Position numbers and translations under genes: made by a program. A stretch of 64,000 bases of DNA, taken from positions 3,776,001-3,840,000 of the forward strand of contig OY969724.1 of assembly GCA_963702205.1 (NCBI GenBank), written 5' to 3'. The notes beneath the pieces are model-generated. The model saw nothing but the letters and a program-made list of their open reading frames with translations. It was not told the origin of the DNA and did not search any database. This stretch comes from an uncultured candidate division Zixibacteria bacterium (GTDB lineage: Bacteria; Zixibacteria; MSB-5A5; GN15; PGXB01). Shown here piece after piece: positions 19,938 through 29,845 of the stretch (position 1 is its first letter; each line of letters begins with the position of its first letter).

Positions 19938-20240
19938 ATGTTAGATAAAGTTACCATTCTCGAAAGACTCGCACCCATCCAGGATCCCGAAATAGGGATC
20001 GGAATCGTTGACCTCGGGCTTATTTATAATATCGAGGTCAATGACGGCAAGGATGTCAAAATCGTCATGACTCTGACCACCCCGGCTTGTCCCTATGGTC
20101 CGGAGCTTCTGACCGTCATCGACAAAGAAATCCGGGACATGGGTGCCAATAAGATCGATATCGAACTGGTCTGGGATCCGCCGTGGAACCCCGAAGAAAT
20201 GGCGTCTGAATACGCCAAAGACCGGTTGGGTATCTGGTAA
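19938..20240 (+). CDS. sufT: DUF59/SufT metal-sulfur cluster biosynthesis protein
   Basis: 'DPEIGIGIVDLGLIY', 'MTLTTPACP', 'VWDPPW'. Confidence 0.9.
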   Translation: MLDKVTILERLAPIQDPEIGIGIVDLGLIYNIEVNDGKDVKIVMTLTTPACPYGPELLTVIDKEIRDMGANKIDIELVWDPPWNPEEMASEYAKDRLGIW

Positions 20241-20266
20241 AGCTGCCTCTTTGTACTTTGCTCTCT

Positions 20267-20302
20267 AAAAAAAAGCCCCCGCCGAAAGGTGAGGGCTTTT
20301 TT
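20267..20302. terminator. Intrinsic terminator after the suf operon
   Basis: AAAAAAGCCC-ccgccgaaaggtga-GGGCTTTTTT. Confidence 0.75.
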
Positions 20303-20333
20303 GTAATTATTCGTACTATATCTTACGTATGTT

Positions 20334-20452
20334 CCGTCGGGTCTTGTCCCGACAAAGTCGGGATGTGACCCGACGGCTCCATGGTTATTTAAATGCGGAT
20401 AGAAAACCGGCAGGTCACACGTCCCGATAAATGGGGACGCAAGACCTGCCGG
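20334..20452. repeat. Inverted doublet of long REP-like hairpins
   Basis: CCGTCGGGTC...GACCCGACGG (20334-20376) and CCGGCAGGTC...GACCTGCCGG (20407-20452), each with an inner TCCCGA-type palindrome. Confidence 0.75.
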
Positions 20453-20513
20453 AACAATAGATTTACAGCAGGCCCAAGGTGGGCTTTTTTTATATCGTAT
20501 TTTTCAGAATTGC

Positions 20514-21269
20514 TTATCCCATAATGTTCCGGCCGCCGTCGACCGTAATAAACTGCCCGCAGATCATGACGGCCTCATCCGACGCCAGATACGCCACCAC
20601 CCGCGCGATGTCCTCCGGCTCGACAATGCGACCCATCGGCGTATGAAACACGGCGTGACCGAGGACTTTCTGCGCCCCCGGTATGGACCGCGATGATTTG
20701 GTATCGGCCAGCCCGGCCAGAATACCGTTGACAATGACTCCTTTGGGTGCCAATTCAAAAGCCAGCCCGCGCGTGATCGATTCCAGCGCGGCCTTGGCCG
20801 GTCCCACCAGCCCGTAGCCGGGGATAACCCGCTGACCACCGTCGGATGTAATACTGATAATTCTCCCCCAGCCATCCATAAGCGGCACTGCCCGGCGCGC
20901 CATATCCAGAAGCGAACGGGCTGAGGACGCCATCGTTACGTCCCAGTGCTTGGTTGTCGAATAGAACATCGATCCCGGCACACCAAAAGCGGCGTTGGCC
21001 ACGACAATATCGAGCCTGCCGCACTCGGATTTTATCGTGTCGAAAAGTTTGTCCAGACTATCTTCTTTGCCGATATCGGCGCGGACGGCCACGGCATTGC
21101 CTTTAGCAGCCTTGATTTCATCGACGACCGTTTGCGCATCGGTCATGCTGCGTCTGAAATTGACGACGACTTTGCAGCCTTCGGCGGCCAGACGTTTCGA
21201 AATGGCGGCTCCGAAACCGCGCGCCCCGCCCGTGACGAGTGCACATTTTCCCCTCAACTCAGGATACAT
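20514..21269 (-). CDS. fabL: FabL-like enoyl-ACP reductase (SDR)
   Basis: TGGARGFG; Y-x6-K catalytic spacing (YGLVGPAK); 'HWDVTM' and 'KAALESITRGLAFELAP' resemble Bacillus FabL. Confidence 0.7.
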   Translation of the reverse strand: MYPELRGKCALVTGGARGFGAAISKRLAAEGCKVVVNFRRSMTDAQTVVDEIKAAKGNAVAVRADIGKEDSLDKLFDTIKSECGRLDIVVANAAFGVPGSMFYSTTKHWDVTMASSARSLLDMARRAVPLMDGWGRIISITSDGGQRVIPGYGLVGPAKAALESITRGLAFELAPKGVIVNGILAGLADTKSSRSIPGAQKVLGHAVFHTPMGRIVEPEDIARVVAYLASDEAVMICGQFITVDGGRNIMG

Positions 21270-21388
21270 AAAATCTCCATAAAATTACAATCCGCGATGA
21301 TAGACTTAATCTATCTTCAATATCTGCTTGTTTCAAGTTTTAAATAACCCCCATTACGGATTGATGTTCCCGCAATACGTCCCGAAAT

Positions 21389-21417
21389 AAAAAGGGGCGC
21401 CATCTGATGGCGCCCCT
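21389..21417 (-). terminator. Intrinsic terminator
   Basis: AGGGGCGCCATC-t-GATGGCGCCCCT with a T-run on the minus strand. Confidence 0.8.
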
Positions 21418-21440
21418 GAAATCCGTTTATGTCCAACAAC

Positions 21441-23633
21441 TTACGGGCAAATCAATTCCGCCCCTGAACCGTAGACCTTTTCGATCAACGTCAGAATGTC
21501 TATCAGATTGATGGCCCCGTCGGCGTTGACGTCGCCGGATTCGTACGGGTCGGGAGCCGGTCCCGGAGGCGTATCATAACGATAGCTTATCAAAAGCAGT
21601 ATATCGATCAGGTCGATATTCCCGTCGTGCGAAGCATCGCCGCAGGTGAACGGCAGGGAAACAATGCTCGTAAGTGATGCCGGTGCGTAATCCATGTACG
21701 GTCCGGTCATAAGCGGCAAATAGGTATTATAGCCGTCCAGCGCGATCGTAGCGGATTTGTCGGACGTGGCCGACGCCGGTATCCGGAAACGCAAAACAAG
21801 AACCGGGCCGGAGCCGGGTTGGAGATCGGGCAAAGATATATCGATCTTGCTGATCGTGAAGGTGCCTCTCCGGAAGTACGGATCGGCGTGGACCTGCGCG
21901 ACCTTGTCGAAGAATTCCGTCCGGCAGCCTGTCGTAAAGAACGTATCCAGAGTCAAATTCAAATTCCCGGAATATTCAACCGGTATCTTCAACTTGCTGA
22001 CAGGCACGTTGTTGTTGAGATTGATGACAACGTCCACCAGTTCTCCGGGTTCGCCGAAAGTATTGGGAGCTTTAAGCGTATCGGCCAGGGCTATCACCGC
22101 CGCCGGCATAGTGCAGGAACGTATATCACCCCCGGCGTCGACCTGCAAAGTTACATCGTGCATCCCGGGCTGATTGAACAGATGACCCGCCGTGCGCCCG
22201 TTGGCGGTACCGCCGTCGCCGAAATCCCAGGTCCAGCTATCGACCGCCAGCCGCGAACTCCCCTCGAAATTCACGTATATCGGAGCCCAGCCGTACGGAT
22301 AATCCGTCTCGAACGACACCCCCAGTTCGGCCATGGCTTTTATGCAGAAATTGGCGGTGGTGTCATCCTCGTACAAATCCTGCCAGTACGTACCGTTCCA
22401 ATAGTAGCTTTCGCCCGGGTGCGACGATGACTCCACGGTCGTTCGATACTTGGCACCCAGCAGCACGGGAACGTCGGACGTTCGATCGTAGGCATGGCCG
22501 CCGTTGGACAGCGATATGTAAACGAAAAAAGAATCGCCGCGCGTCAGGTGCAGAGGAGTATCCAGGTCCATCGTATGATATCCCCTGTGTTCGATAAGCC
22601 CGGTTTTTGAAAACAGGACGTCGCGCAGCTGCCCTCCATCGAAGCGGTCATATATTTTGGCAGTATAAGTAACGTTTTCCCCGGCCGAATAAAAACTCAA
22701 GGCCGTCAGAACTTCCCCGTTTTCGGCTTCGAAGGCGTTGAACGCCTCGCTGACGTCCGTCCGAGTATCGCGCCAGCCGTGATAATCGTAGTAGTAGATA
22801 TTGTCGTAGGGTAACGGTCCGACGTCCTGAAACGAAACCGCTCCCATTTCCGGATTGTGACCGCAATGTTTGTCATAGTACGATATATAGAAATATCCCG
22901 AGTACCCCCAGCCGGTACCCCAGCTGTTTTTGCAAAGCCAGGCACCGGGCAGCGGCGCTTGCGTGGTCATATAGTCGTTCCATCCCACTATAGCTATGGC
23001 ATGATTCGGGTCGGTCGGGTTGCTCGGCGGCTGATAGTGCGTATATCCCGACATAAACGAACTGCTGTAACACATACAGGTTCCGACCGCTCCGTAATCC
23101 TTGACGGCCTGCTTGATCGTATTGATATTTTCGAGGTTGTCGCCCACCGTGTACCATTCGATTTGTCGGGGATAATAATAGTGATAGTCCGGGTTGGAAC
23201 GCGCCGCCGCCGTATCGAAAATCTGCCCGTCAATATCGCGGACGGCTCCTTCGCCCCGCGTCAAATACGCCGCGGCCACCAGATAGTCGCCCCCCTCGTG
23301 CACCACGAGTCCGGCCCCGGCCGGTGGATTGATATCGTCGTTGTTGTTCTGATTGAAACCGTTCCACCAGTCCAGGTGGTATTCGGCAAGATTCGGTTCG
23401 CCGTCTTCGTTGTTGGCTCTCCAATTTCCGGTCATCAAAAGGTTGCTTTCCATGGCCGACATCGTGCCGTGCGTCCAGCACGTGCCTCCCTGTTGATTCT
23501 TGACGGCCGTTACCATATCCCCGTTTGCGGTACTTCTTAAATCGTATGTGCTCGGCGGATCGGCCAGACTAACGTTGAAGAAACCGGCCATGATTACAAT
23601 CAGTGCTGCTTTTATCCAACGGCCCGACATCAT
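21441..23633 (-). CDS. Secreted C1A (papain-like) cysteine peptidase with lectin-like, PKD, cohesin-like and dockerin domains
   Basis: 'VKNQQGGTCW', 'NHAIAIVGW', 'KNSWG'; PKD 'WTWDFGDG'; C-terminal duplicated DxxxDGxI(D/N)LID loops. Confidence 0.9.
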   Translation of the reverse strand: MMSGRWIKAALIVIMAGFFNVSLADPPSTYDLRSTANGDMVTAVKNQQGGTCWTHGTMSAMESNLLMTGNWRANNEDGEPNLAEYHLDWWNGFNQNNNDDINPPAGAGLVVHEGGDYLVAAAYLTRGEGAVRDIDGQIFDTAAARSNPDYHYYYPRQIEWYTVGDNLENINTIKQAVKDYGAVGTCMCYSSSFMSGYTHYQPPSNPTDPNHAIAIVGWNDYMTTQAPLPGAWLCKNSWGTGWGYSGYFYISYYDKHCGHNPEMGAVSFQDVGPLPYDNIYYYDYHGWRDTRTDVSEAFNAFEAENGEVLTALSFYSAGENVTYTAKIYDRFDGGQLRDVLFSKTGLIEHRGYHTMDLDTPLHLTRGDSFFVYISLSNGGHAYDRTSDVPVLLGAKYRTTVESSSHPGESYYWNGTYWQDLYEDDTTANFCIKAMAELGVSFETDYPYGWAPIYVNFEGSSRLAVDSWTWDFGDGGTANGRTAGHLFNQPGMHDVTLQVDAGGDIRSCTMPAAVIALADTLKAPNTFGEPGELVDVVINLNNNVPVSKLKIPVEYSGNLNLTLDTFFTTGCRTEFFDKVAQVHADPYFRRGTFTISKIDISLPDLQPGSGPVLVLRFRIPASATSDKSATIALDGYNTYLPLMTGPYMDYAPASLTSIVSLPFTCGDASHDGNIDLIDILLLISYRYDTPPGPAPDPYESGDVNADGAINLIDILTLIEKVYGSGAELICP

Positions 23634-23676
23634 ATTCCTCCAGTCAAGTTATAGTCCCCCATTATGTTCGTTTCAC

Positions 23677-25572
23677 CTAAAGTCCGTAATTGCACTCCAG
23701 CGTAGCTCCGCCACCGTACAGATCCTGAATCAGCAATAATATATCAAGCAGGTTCAGACTGCCGTCACTGTTGACGTCACCGGAACCGTATGGAATCGGG
23801 TCCGGCCCCGGAGGATCGGAATAAACGTTATCGATGAGGTACAAAATATCTATCAAATTTACGTTCATATCATTGTTGGCGTCCCCGCAGAGGACCGCAC
23901 AGGCATCACCAAAACCGTCGTGGTCGCTGTCGATCTGATCCGGATTATAGACGTTGACACAATTATCGCAGGCATCCCCGACGCCGTCGAGATCGGCATC
24001 TTCCCCGCCGGGATTCGCCACGTTGGGGCAGTTGTCGATCGCATCGGCGATACCGTCGTCATCGCTGTCTACCATCACGAAGGCGTACAGCCGGTCGTCG
24101 ACTATCGAATCCACGCGCACCGTGATACCGGTAAAGACGTCGCCGTAACCGTTGCTGTTGGGCGTGGAATGCGGCCCGAAAGTCCGTTGCCCGTCGGTTT
24201 CGTTCGACCAGGCCGCCGCCTTCCGGGTTTCGTACGGATACCACCACTGGGCGCTGTCGGTGACGTGCCCTTCGGGGTTGCTGGTCATATCCCGCGCCGG
24301 ATTGTACCCGGCGTCTTCCACGGCCACAGTATAGTGATCGTAAGTGGGCGTCCCGTAGTTTATCCTCGAATCTCCCTGGGCGGCCAGGTCATCGACGTGC
24401 GTGATTATCAGGCCCCGGTCGAGAGTGTCATTGCCGAAAGTCAGATTTGGCCAGAAATACGCACTGAAATCGGAGTCGGTCTTGTCGAACATACCCGTGG
24501 ACTCAGGATTTCGATATTCCAGCAGAAAATACTCCGTTCCGTCCTGGCTGATCGGGATACGGTACAGCGAATTATTCTGATGTGTCTCAATATCGTATAT
24601 GACAAGGTCCTCGTACAATGACGACGTCAAATTAACCGGTACTACCCAGCCCATTTCTTTCTTGCACCACCCAATCAGGTGCGGCGGCACCATTTTCTTT
24701 ATGGCCAATATACCATAGCCGCCATAACCCATAAGACACCAGTCGACCACCGGATGATCGTTGTCGTCGTTGGGAGTTTTGTAGGTCATGGTATCGAGCT
24801 TGGCATCATAATCGTACAAGTCAGGCAGCCCCAGCACGTGCGTTAATTCATGACACGAAACCGAAATCGAATTAAGAGAATCGACCCCGGAGTATTGAGT
24901 GGGATTCAAGGCACTCCGCAGCGGCATGGTTTCCGGCGACGTGCAAAAGCGGGTGATCCTGACCCCGTCCAGATAGGGGGCATATGCCTCTGACATGGTG
25001 AGGGCGTACGACCAGATGTCGTTGAGGCCTCCCGAGTCCTCCTGTCCGTTACCCGAGCGGATAAAAATCATGGCGTCCACGAATCCGTCACCGTCACCGT
25101 CGTATTGCGAATAATCGATGACATTATCAAGGTCGTAAAGTGCGTCTATAAAGCCCTGGTACTGTTCGAAATTGTTATACAAGCCCGGTGAATACCACCC
25201 GACGATATCACCGGTTATCTTTAACTGTCCGAAAGATACTTCATGAAAGTAATCGGCCACCGACCCGGCTGGCCATATGTTGCGCATGAAAATGGTACTA
25301 TCGAAGACTTCTTCGGGATAAGTGCCGGGACGATCGTTCCACTCCACCAGCACGACCAAAAGCCGGACCGAATCTCCGGCAAAACGGAAGGTCGTCATTT
25401 CTTTCAATTCATCGGGCGTAAGCTCAGAACCCGGTTGCTGGGTCGATAATGTCTTGAGTACCGCATCGGGAATGTCATAAACTACGGCTTTACCGATATC
25501 GAACGAATCGGCCATTCCCGAAACAACCAATAAAACCAACAGCCCTGCCAGATAACTAATCACTTTTTGCAT
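23677..25572 (-). CDS. Secreted M6 (immune inhibitor A-like) metallopeptidase with TSP3 repeats and dockerin
   Basis: 'YFHEVSFG', 'DGDGDGFVD', '[14 protein letters not shown]', 'WCLMGYG', 'EYFLLEYR'; DxDxDGxGDxCDNC repeats; dockerin. Confidence 0.9.
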   Translation of the reverse strand: MQKVISYLAGLLVLLVVSGMADSFDIGKAVVYDIPDAVLKTLSTQQPGSELTPDELKEMTTFRFAGDSVRLLVVLVEWNDRPGTYPEEVFDSTIFMRNIWPAGSVADYFHEVSFGQLKITGDIVGWYSPGLYNNFEQYQGFIDALYDLDNVIDYSQYDGDGDGFVDAMIFIRSGNGQEDSGGLNDIWSYALTMSEAYAPYLDGVRITRFCTSPETMPLRSALNPTQYSGVDSLNSISVSCHELTHVLGLPDLYDYDAKLDTMTYKTPNDDNDHPVVDWCLMGYGGYGILAIKKMVPPHLIGWCKKEMGWVVPVNLTSSLYEDLVIYDIETHQNNSLYRIPISQDGTEYFLLEYRNPESTGMFDKTDSDFSAYFWPNLTFGNDTLDRGLIITHVDDLAAQGDSRINYGTPTYDHYTVAVEDAGYNPARDMTSNPEGHVTDSAQWWYPYETRKAAAWSNETDGQRTFGPHSTPNSNGYGDVFTGITVRVDSIVDDRLYAFVMVDSDDDGIADAIDNCPNVANPGGEDADLDGVGDACDNCVNVYNPDQIDSDHDGFGDACAVLCGDANNDMNVNLIDILYLIDNVYSDPPGPDPIPYGSGDVNSDGSLNLLDILLLIQDLYGGGATLECNYGL

Positions 25573-25612
25573 CCCATGCTCTCCGGTTGTCCACAATATT
25601 ATGTCAAAATTT

Positions 25613-28408
25613 CTACTTGCAATTCAACGGCGTCCCCGAACCGTAAATGTTTTCTATCACCGCCAGGATATCCAGCAGGTTCAGCGCATTATCCGAGTTC
25701 ACGTCACCCGCCTCAATCGGCGTCGGGTCTGGTCCCTGGGGATTTCCGTAAATATTGTCTATCAGGTACAATATATCGATCAGGTTTACCGCCCTGTCGC
25801 CGTTGGCATCGCCGCAAATATAATCGCAGGCATCGCCGATGTTGTCGCCGTCGGAGTCGGCCTGATCGGGATTATATACGTCCACGCAATTGTCGCACAG
25901 GTCACCCACACCATCACCGTCGGTGTCGGCCTGGTTATTATTGGCGACGTTTATGCAATTGTCGCAGGAATCGCCGACCAGATCGCCGTCGGTGTCTTCC
26001 TGCAAAGGATTATAGGTATTGGGACAGTTATCTTCCGACGCAATAATGCCGTCGCCGTCGGCGTCGCTCATATCGGGCAGGATAGTCTTATACATTGATC
26101 GCCCGTGCGTCCCCGCTATTAAAGTCCGGCTGGCCGGATGAAAATCGATATCGTTGACAACCATCATCGGCCCGGAATTTCCGAGCACTTCCCAGTGGGC
26201 GCCGAGATCGTACGATATGAACACACCAACGTCCGTTCCGACAAACAGGGTACTGGTATTGTCCGGATCGACGAGGATATCATTGACCGGGGCGTCGATC
26301 AGTCCCCCGCCGATCGAAGTCCAGCTCTGACCGTAATCGTCCGAACGATACACATGCGAACCGAAGTCGCCTTCGTCGTAACCGGACAGGGTGACGTACG
26401 CTATCGAGGCATCGGTCGGATCGGGCGTCACTCTCGTTATCCAATGGCTCGGAAGACCGGCGGTGATGTCCGTCCACGAGGTCCCGCCGTTCTGCGTCAC
26501 CGCGACCGTCCCGTCGTCGTACCCGATATAAATCACCTGAGAATCGGTCGGCGCCAGGCCGATGGTCGTTATCGTGCCGAATACAAGATCCCCGGTACCG
26601 GGACCGTTACTAAGGTCGCCGCTTATGGGCGTCCACGAATTGGTGGCGTCTATCGTCTTCCACAGACGATTGGATCCGTAGTACAAAATGTTCGAATGGT
26701 GCGGGTCCATCGCGAACGGCGTATTCCAGTTGTGACGATCGACGTCATAGCCAGCAGTCGGATAGGCCCAGGTCCACCCCCCCGAGCTAAAATTGTATCT
26801 GAGCATAACGCCATACTGATATTCGACATAATACACGCTGGGATCGTCATAGTTGATTTCGACATAAAACCCGTCACCGCCGAAAACGCGCTCATAGTCA
26901 CCGATACCGCCGGTCATGGTGCGCATGGTTCCGTTGTCCTGGGCACCTCCGTAAAGCCGTATCGGGTTAGTGGGGTCGATGCGGACGTCGTAAAATTGCG
27001 TACTCGGCTGGGCATGGTACGTCACCCAGCTGTCGCCTCTCGACGTGGTATAGTTCACCCCGCCGTCGCAGCCGTCATATATCCGGTTATGGTTCGATGG
27101 CATAATGTACATGGCGTGGTGGTCGACGTGAATATTGTCGTCCTTTGGAGCCCAGGTAAAGCCGCCGTCGACCGTTCTGTACAGATCCACTCCGAGCACA
27201 AAACACAAATCGGGTTCACCGGGAGCGACCCGAATTTGACCGAAATACCACCCGAAGCCCCCCATCATATTTTTCAAAGACCCGTCGATCGTCCTCCACC
27301 ACGAATCGCCCAGGTTGGTGCTTTTATACACGCCCATGAAACTGCCGGGGTGCGAATTGATCACGGCATAAACCGTCTGTGATTCAGGATCGACTGAAAT
27401 CCCGATGCGACCCAAAGTATCGGATTGTGGCGGAAGAGCCGTTATCGGACTAAGGTGCATGTTTTCCCAGGTATCTCCGAAGTCTTCCGAGCGGTACAGT
27501 CCGCTGGTAATACCGCCCACCCGCCGATCGTTCGGAGTGCGAAAACGATACCACATGGCGGCGAAGACCGTCCCGGTTGACGGGTGCAGAGCGACGTCAA
27601 CACATCCGGTCGTGTCGTTTATGAAAAGCTTTTGTTCCCAGGTATCACCGCCGTTCTCGGAGCGGTATAGCCCGCGCTCGGAATTCGTCCCGAACAGACT
27701 GCCCATCACCGCCACGTACACGGTGTCCGGACGGAGGGGGTCGACCACAATCCGGCCGATATGATAGCTGTGGGGCAGCCCCTTGAACTCCCAGGTGGCG
27801 CCGCCGTCGATTGTTTTATATATGCCGGTTCCGGAATAGGAACTGCCGGATGAATTGGACTCCCCGGTGCCGACATAAAGAATATTCGAATTGGTCGGAT
27901 CAAGAGCAATCGCACCGATCGACGGCGTCCCGACGTTGTCGAAAATCGGCGTCCAGCTCAGTCCGAAATCGACCGACTTAAACACACCTCCCGCCGCCGA
28001 TGAGGCATAGATTACCTCCGGCTGGGCGGGATTAACAGCCAGGTCGGTGATGCGGCCGGGGATATTGGTCGGGCCGGCTTCTTCCCAGACCACCGAACTG
28101 CTGTTGCGTTTAGCTGTTTTGGCCGCCGCGAAAACCTCGCGCGCCTGATCCAAGGCCTTTTTGGGCTGGTCGGCCGGAATCGACTTTTCCGGATAGGCTC
28201 TCTGGATATAAAACCAGTCGCTGGGCTTCTCTTTGGGGTGCGGGATAATCCCGTCCTGTCTCAATTTGGAATAAATCGGATCATGGAATTTGGCCGGTGT
28301 CTTTATGGTCGGAGTTTTATCGGGCGTGACATACGACGCCGACATCCCCAGAAAAACCAGCGAAAAAACGACCGGACCCAGACTACTGAACAATTTTCGG
28401 ATACGCAT
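25613..28408 (-). CDS. Secreted VPS10/BNR-repeat beta-propeller protein with TSP3 repeats and dockerin
   Basis: Many Asp-box repeats (S/T-x-D-x-G-x-T/S-W), 'HVDHHA', 'GGAQDNG', 'GGDGF'; TSP3 repeats; dockerin. Confidence 0.85.
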   Translation of the reverse strand: MRIRKLFSSLGPVVFSLVFLGMSASYVTPDKTPTIKTPAKFHDPIYSKLRQDGIIPHPKEKPSDWFYIQRAYPEKSIPADQPKKALDQAREVFAAAKTAKRNSSSVVWEEAGPTNIPGRITDLAVNPAQPEVIYASSAAGGVFKSVDFGLSWTPIFDNVGTPSIGAIALDPTNSNILYVGTGESNSSGSSYSGTGIYKTIDGGATWEFKGLPHSYHIGRIVVDPLRPDTVYVAVMGSLFGTNSERGLYRSENGGDTWEQKLFINDTTGCVDVALHPSTGTVFAAMWYRFRTPNDRRVGGITSGLYRSEDFGDTWENMHLSPITALPPQSDTLGRIGISVDPESQTVYAVINSHPGSFMGVYKSTNLGDSWWRTIDGSLKNMMGGFGWYFGQIRVAPGEPDLCFVLGVDLYRTVDGGFTWAPKDDNIHVDHHAMYIMPSNHNRIYDGCDGGVNYTTSRGDSWVTYHAQPSTQFYDVRIDPTNPIRLYGGAQDNGTMRTMTGGIGDYERVFGGDGFYVEINYDDPSVYYVEYQYGVMLRYNFSSGGWTWAYPTAGYDVDRHNWNTPFAMDPHHSNILYYGSNRLWKTIDATNSWTPISGDLSNGPGTGDLVFGTITTIGLAPTDSQVIYIGYDDGTVAVTQNGGTSWTDITAGLPSHWITRVTPDPTDASIAYVTLSGYDEGDFGSHVYRSDDYGQSWTSIGGGLIDAPVNDILVDPDNTSTLFVGTDVGVFISYDLGAHWEVLGNSGPMMVVNDIDFHPASRTLIAGTHGRSMYKTILPDMSDADGDGIIASEDNCPNTYNPLQEDTDGDLVGDSCDNCINVANNNQADTDGDGVGDLCDNCVDVYNPDQADSDGDNIGDACDYICGDANGDRAVNLIDILYLIDNIYGNPQGPDPTPIEAGDVNSDNALNLLDILAVIENIYGSGTPLNCK

Positions 28409-28566
28409 TCTTACCTCATATTTCGGGAAATATATAATTTTCGTGACGGCGGGTTATCAATTGACTAATCCCTCTCTAACGCGAGTAAGTAAACCTACCG
28501 AAATATAGAGCTAAATCCAAATACGTCAATGGTTTATTTTGACAAATAAAGAAGAATAAAACGGCT

Positions 28567-29022
28567 TTATCCGTGGAGTTTGCCGGTCAGCCAGCCGACT
28601 TTGATCTCATCGTTCTTGAGATAGCTAAGCGGCACATACGGTTTAATGTCCAGCACCGGGGTGCCGTCGACCATTTCCGTATTGGTTATATGCAGAATAT
28701 TGCCTTCGATTTTCTTAAGACGCACCGTCGACATGCCGATCGGGTTGGGGCGGCGCGGTGAACGCGTCGCGAATACCCCATGCATCGTTTCATTATCAAG
28801 CGGGGGCTTAACCAAAAGCGGATACTCCCTGGACAGATGAAAATACGTTAATAGTATAATGTGCGAAAAACCCTCAAGGTCGGTCAGGCCTTCGACGTAC
28901 TCGGGATATATTTCAACCGTAGCGACCACACCCTCGGCCATACGTTCCGAACGCGGCGCGTCTTCGAGTCTTTTGGTCGGCGAATGGATGATGCCAATTG
29001 GTGTAAATGAAATCTGTTTCAT
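28567..29022 (-). CDS. tsaA: tRNA m6t6A37 methyltransferase TrmO/TsaA family
   Basis: 'PIGIIHSP', 'GVFATRSPRRPNPIGMS', 'DGTPVLDIKPY'; SD GAGGA before ATG 29022. Confidence 0.9.
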   Translation of the reverse strand: MKQISFTPIGIIHSPTKRLEDAPRSERMAEGVVATVEIYPEYVEGLTDLEGFSHIILLTYFHLSREYPLLVKPPLDNETMHGVFATRSPRRPNPIGMSTVRLKKIEGNILHITNTEMVDGTPVLDIKPYVPLSYLKNDEIKVGWLTGKLHG

Positions 29023-29061
29023 GTTATCCTCAATCAAGCTCTATTTCTTATTGTATACCAC

Positions 29062-29217
29062 GTAGGTCGGGTTCCGATCCCGATGCAATCGGGAGAGAAA
29101 CCCGACATCCTGGATTTTAAGTGACCGGCAGACGCCCTCGTCTGCCGGTTGACAGGTCGTGCTATTTAAGTTCTGTCAGGTCCAGGTCCCGACGAAGTCG
29201 GGAGTATGACCTGACAG
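29062..29217. repeat. Composite REP array (GTAG hairpin, GGCAGA hairpin, CTGTCAGGTC hairpin)
   Basis: GTAGGTCGGGTT...AACCCGAC (29062-29109), ACCGGCAGACG-ccct-CGTCTGCCGGT, and CTGTCAGGTC...GACCTGACAG (29173-29217). The first and last units recur at 35488-35591. Confidence 0.8.
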
Positions 29218-29242
29218 TCTTTATACGTCTTAGCTTTAAAGC

Positions 29243-29311
29243 CTATCCCTGCTTCCCCGAATCGTACAACCTCTCCCCATCCTGATCAATCACCTCGACC
29301 GATACGTCAAT
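29243..29311 (-). pseudogene. 69-bp duplicate of the 3' end of the OsmC-like gene
   Basis: 64/69 identical to 29350-29418, including the stop codon. Confidence 0.9.
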
Positions 29312-29314
29312 TTC

Positions 29315-29348
29315 GTGGGCGGCAGATGTCCACATCTGCCCCTCTTCT
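29315..29348. repeat. GTGG-type REP-like hairpin
   Basis: GTGGGCGGCAGATGTCCACATCTGCCCCTCTTCT, identical at 34576-34609 and similar at 13449-13475. Confidence 0.85.
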
Positions 29349-29349
29349 T

Positions 29350-29811
29350 CTATCCCTGCTTCCCCGAATCGTACAACTTCTCCCCGTCCTGATCGATCAC
29401 CTCGACCGACACATCAATGCCGTTGCGTACACTGGCCGTCACCACGCAAAAATCCTCGAACAGCTCAATACACTTCTTGAGCCTTTCGCCGCCGCTCTTG
29501 TCGACGTTGGCGTTGATAGTAACCCTCGTGGAACCGATACGCAGCCGCTTTTTCTCATTGCGGACCAGTTCAGTCGTGACCGTAGTTTTTATATCGCCGA
29601 TATCGACCCGCGCTTTCTGTAGACAGAACAACAGGCTGGCCGAAAGACAATTGCCGACCGCGGCCGAAAGCACTTTCGAAGCATTCGGGCCTTTGCCCGT
29701 GCCGAGCGGTTCGGGCTCGTCCATTACGAGCTCGATCCCACCCCCAAATTTAACTTTGAATTCAAAGGCGTCGAGCTGTTCCAATTCAACGGTTAATTTT
29801 GGTTCATCCAT
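29350..29811 (-). CDS. OsmC/Ohr-family protein
   Basis: 'MDEPEPLGTGKGPN', 'AAVGNCL', 'FEDFCVV'. Confidence 0.85.
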   Translation of the reverse strand: MDEPKLTVELEQLDAFEFKVKFGGGIELVMDEPEPLGTGKGPNASKVLSAAVGNCLSASLLFCLQKARVDIGDIKTTVTTELVRNEKKRLRIGSTRVTINANVDKSGGERLKKCIELFEDFCVVTASVRNGIDVSVEVIDQDGEKLYDSGKQG

Positions 29812-29845
29812 TTATATTTCTCCCGCGTTTATTCGCCGCACGCTC

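Noticed and set aside
26138..27382. Long plus-strand ORFs (also 4466-5326, 33405-34520, 47269-48294)
   Set aside because: They lie antisense to well-supported genes, as expected from GC-rich codon bias.
29243..29418. Possible DGR template/variable repeat pair
   Set aside because: The differences are not adenine-specific on either strand, are mostly synonymous, and no reverse transcriptase is present in the window.
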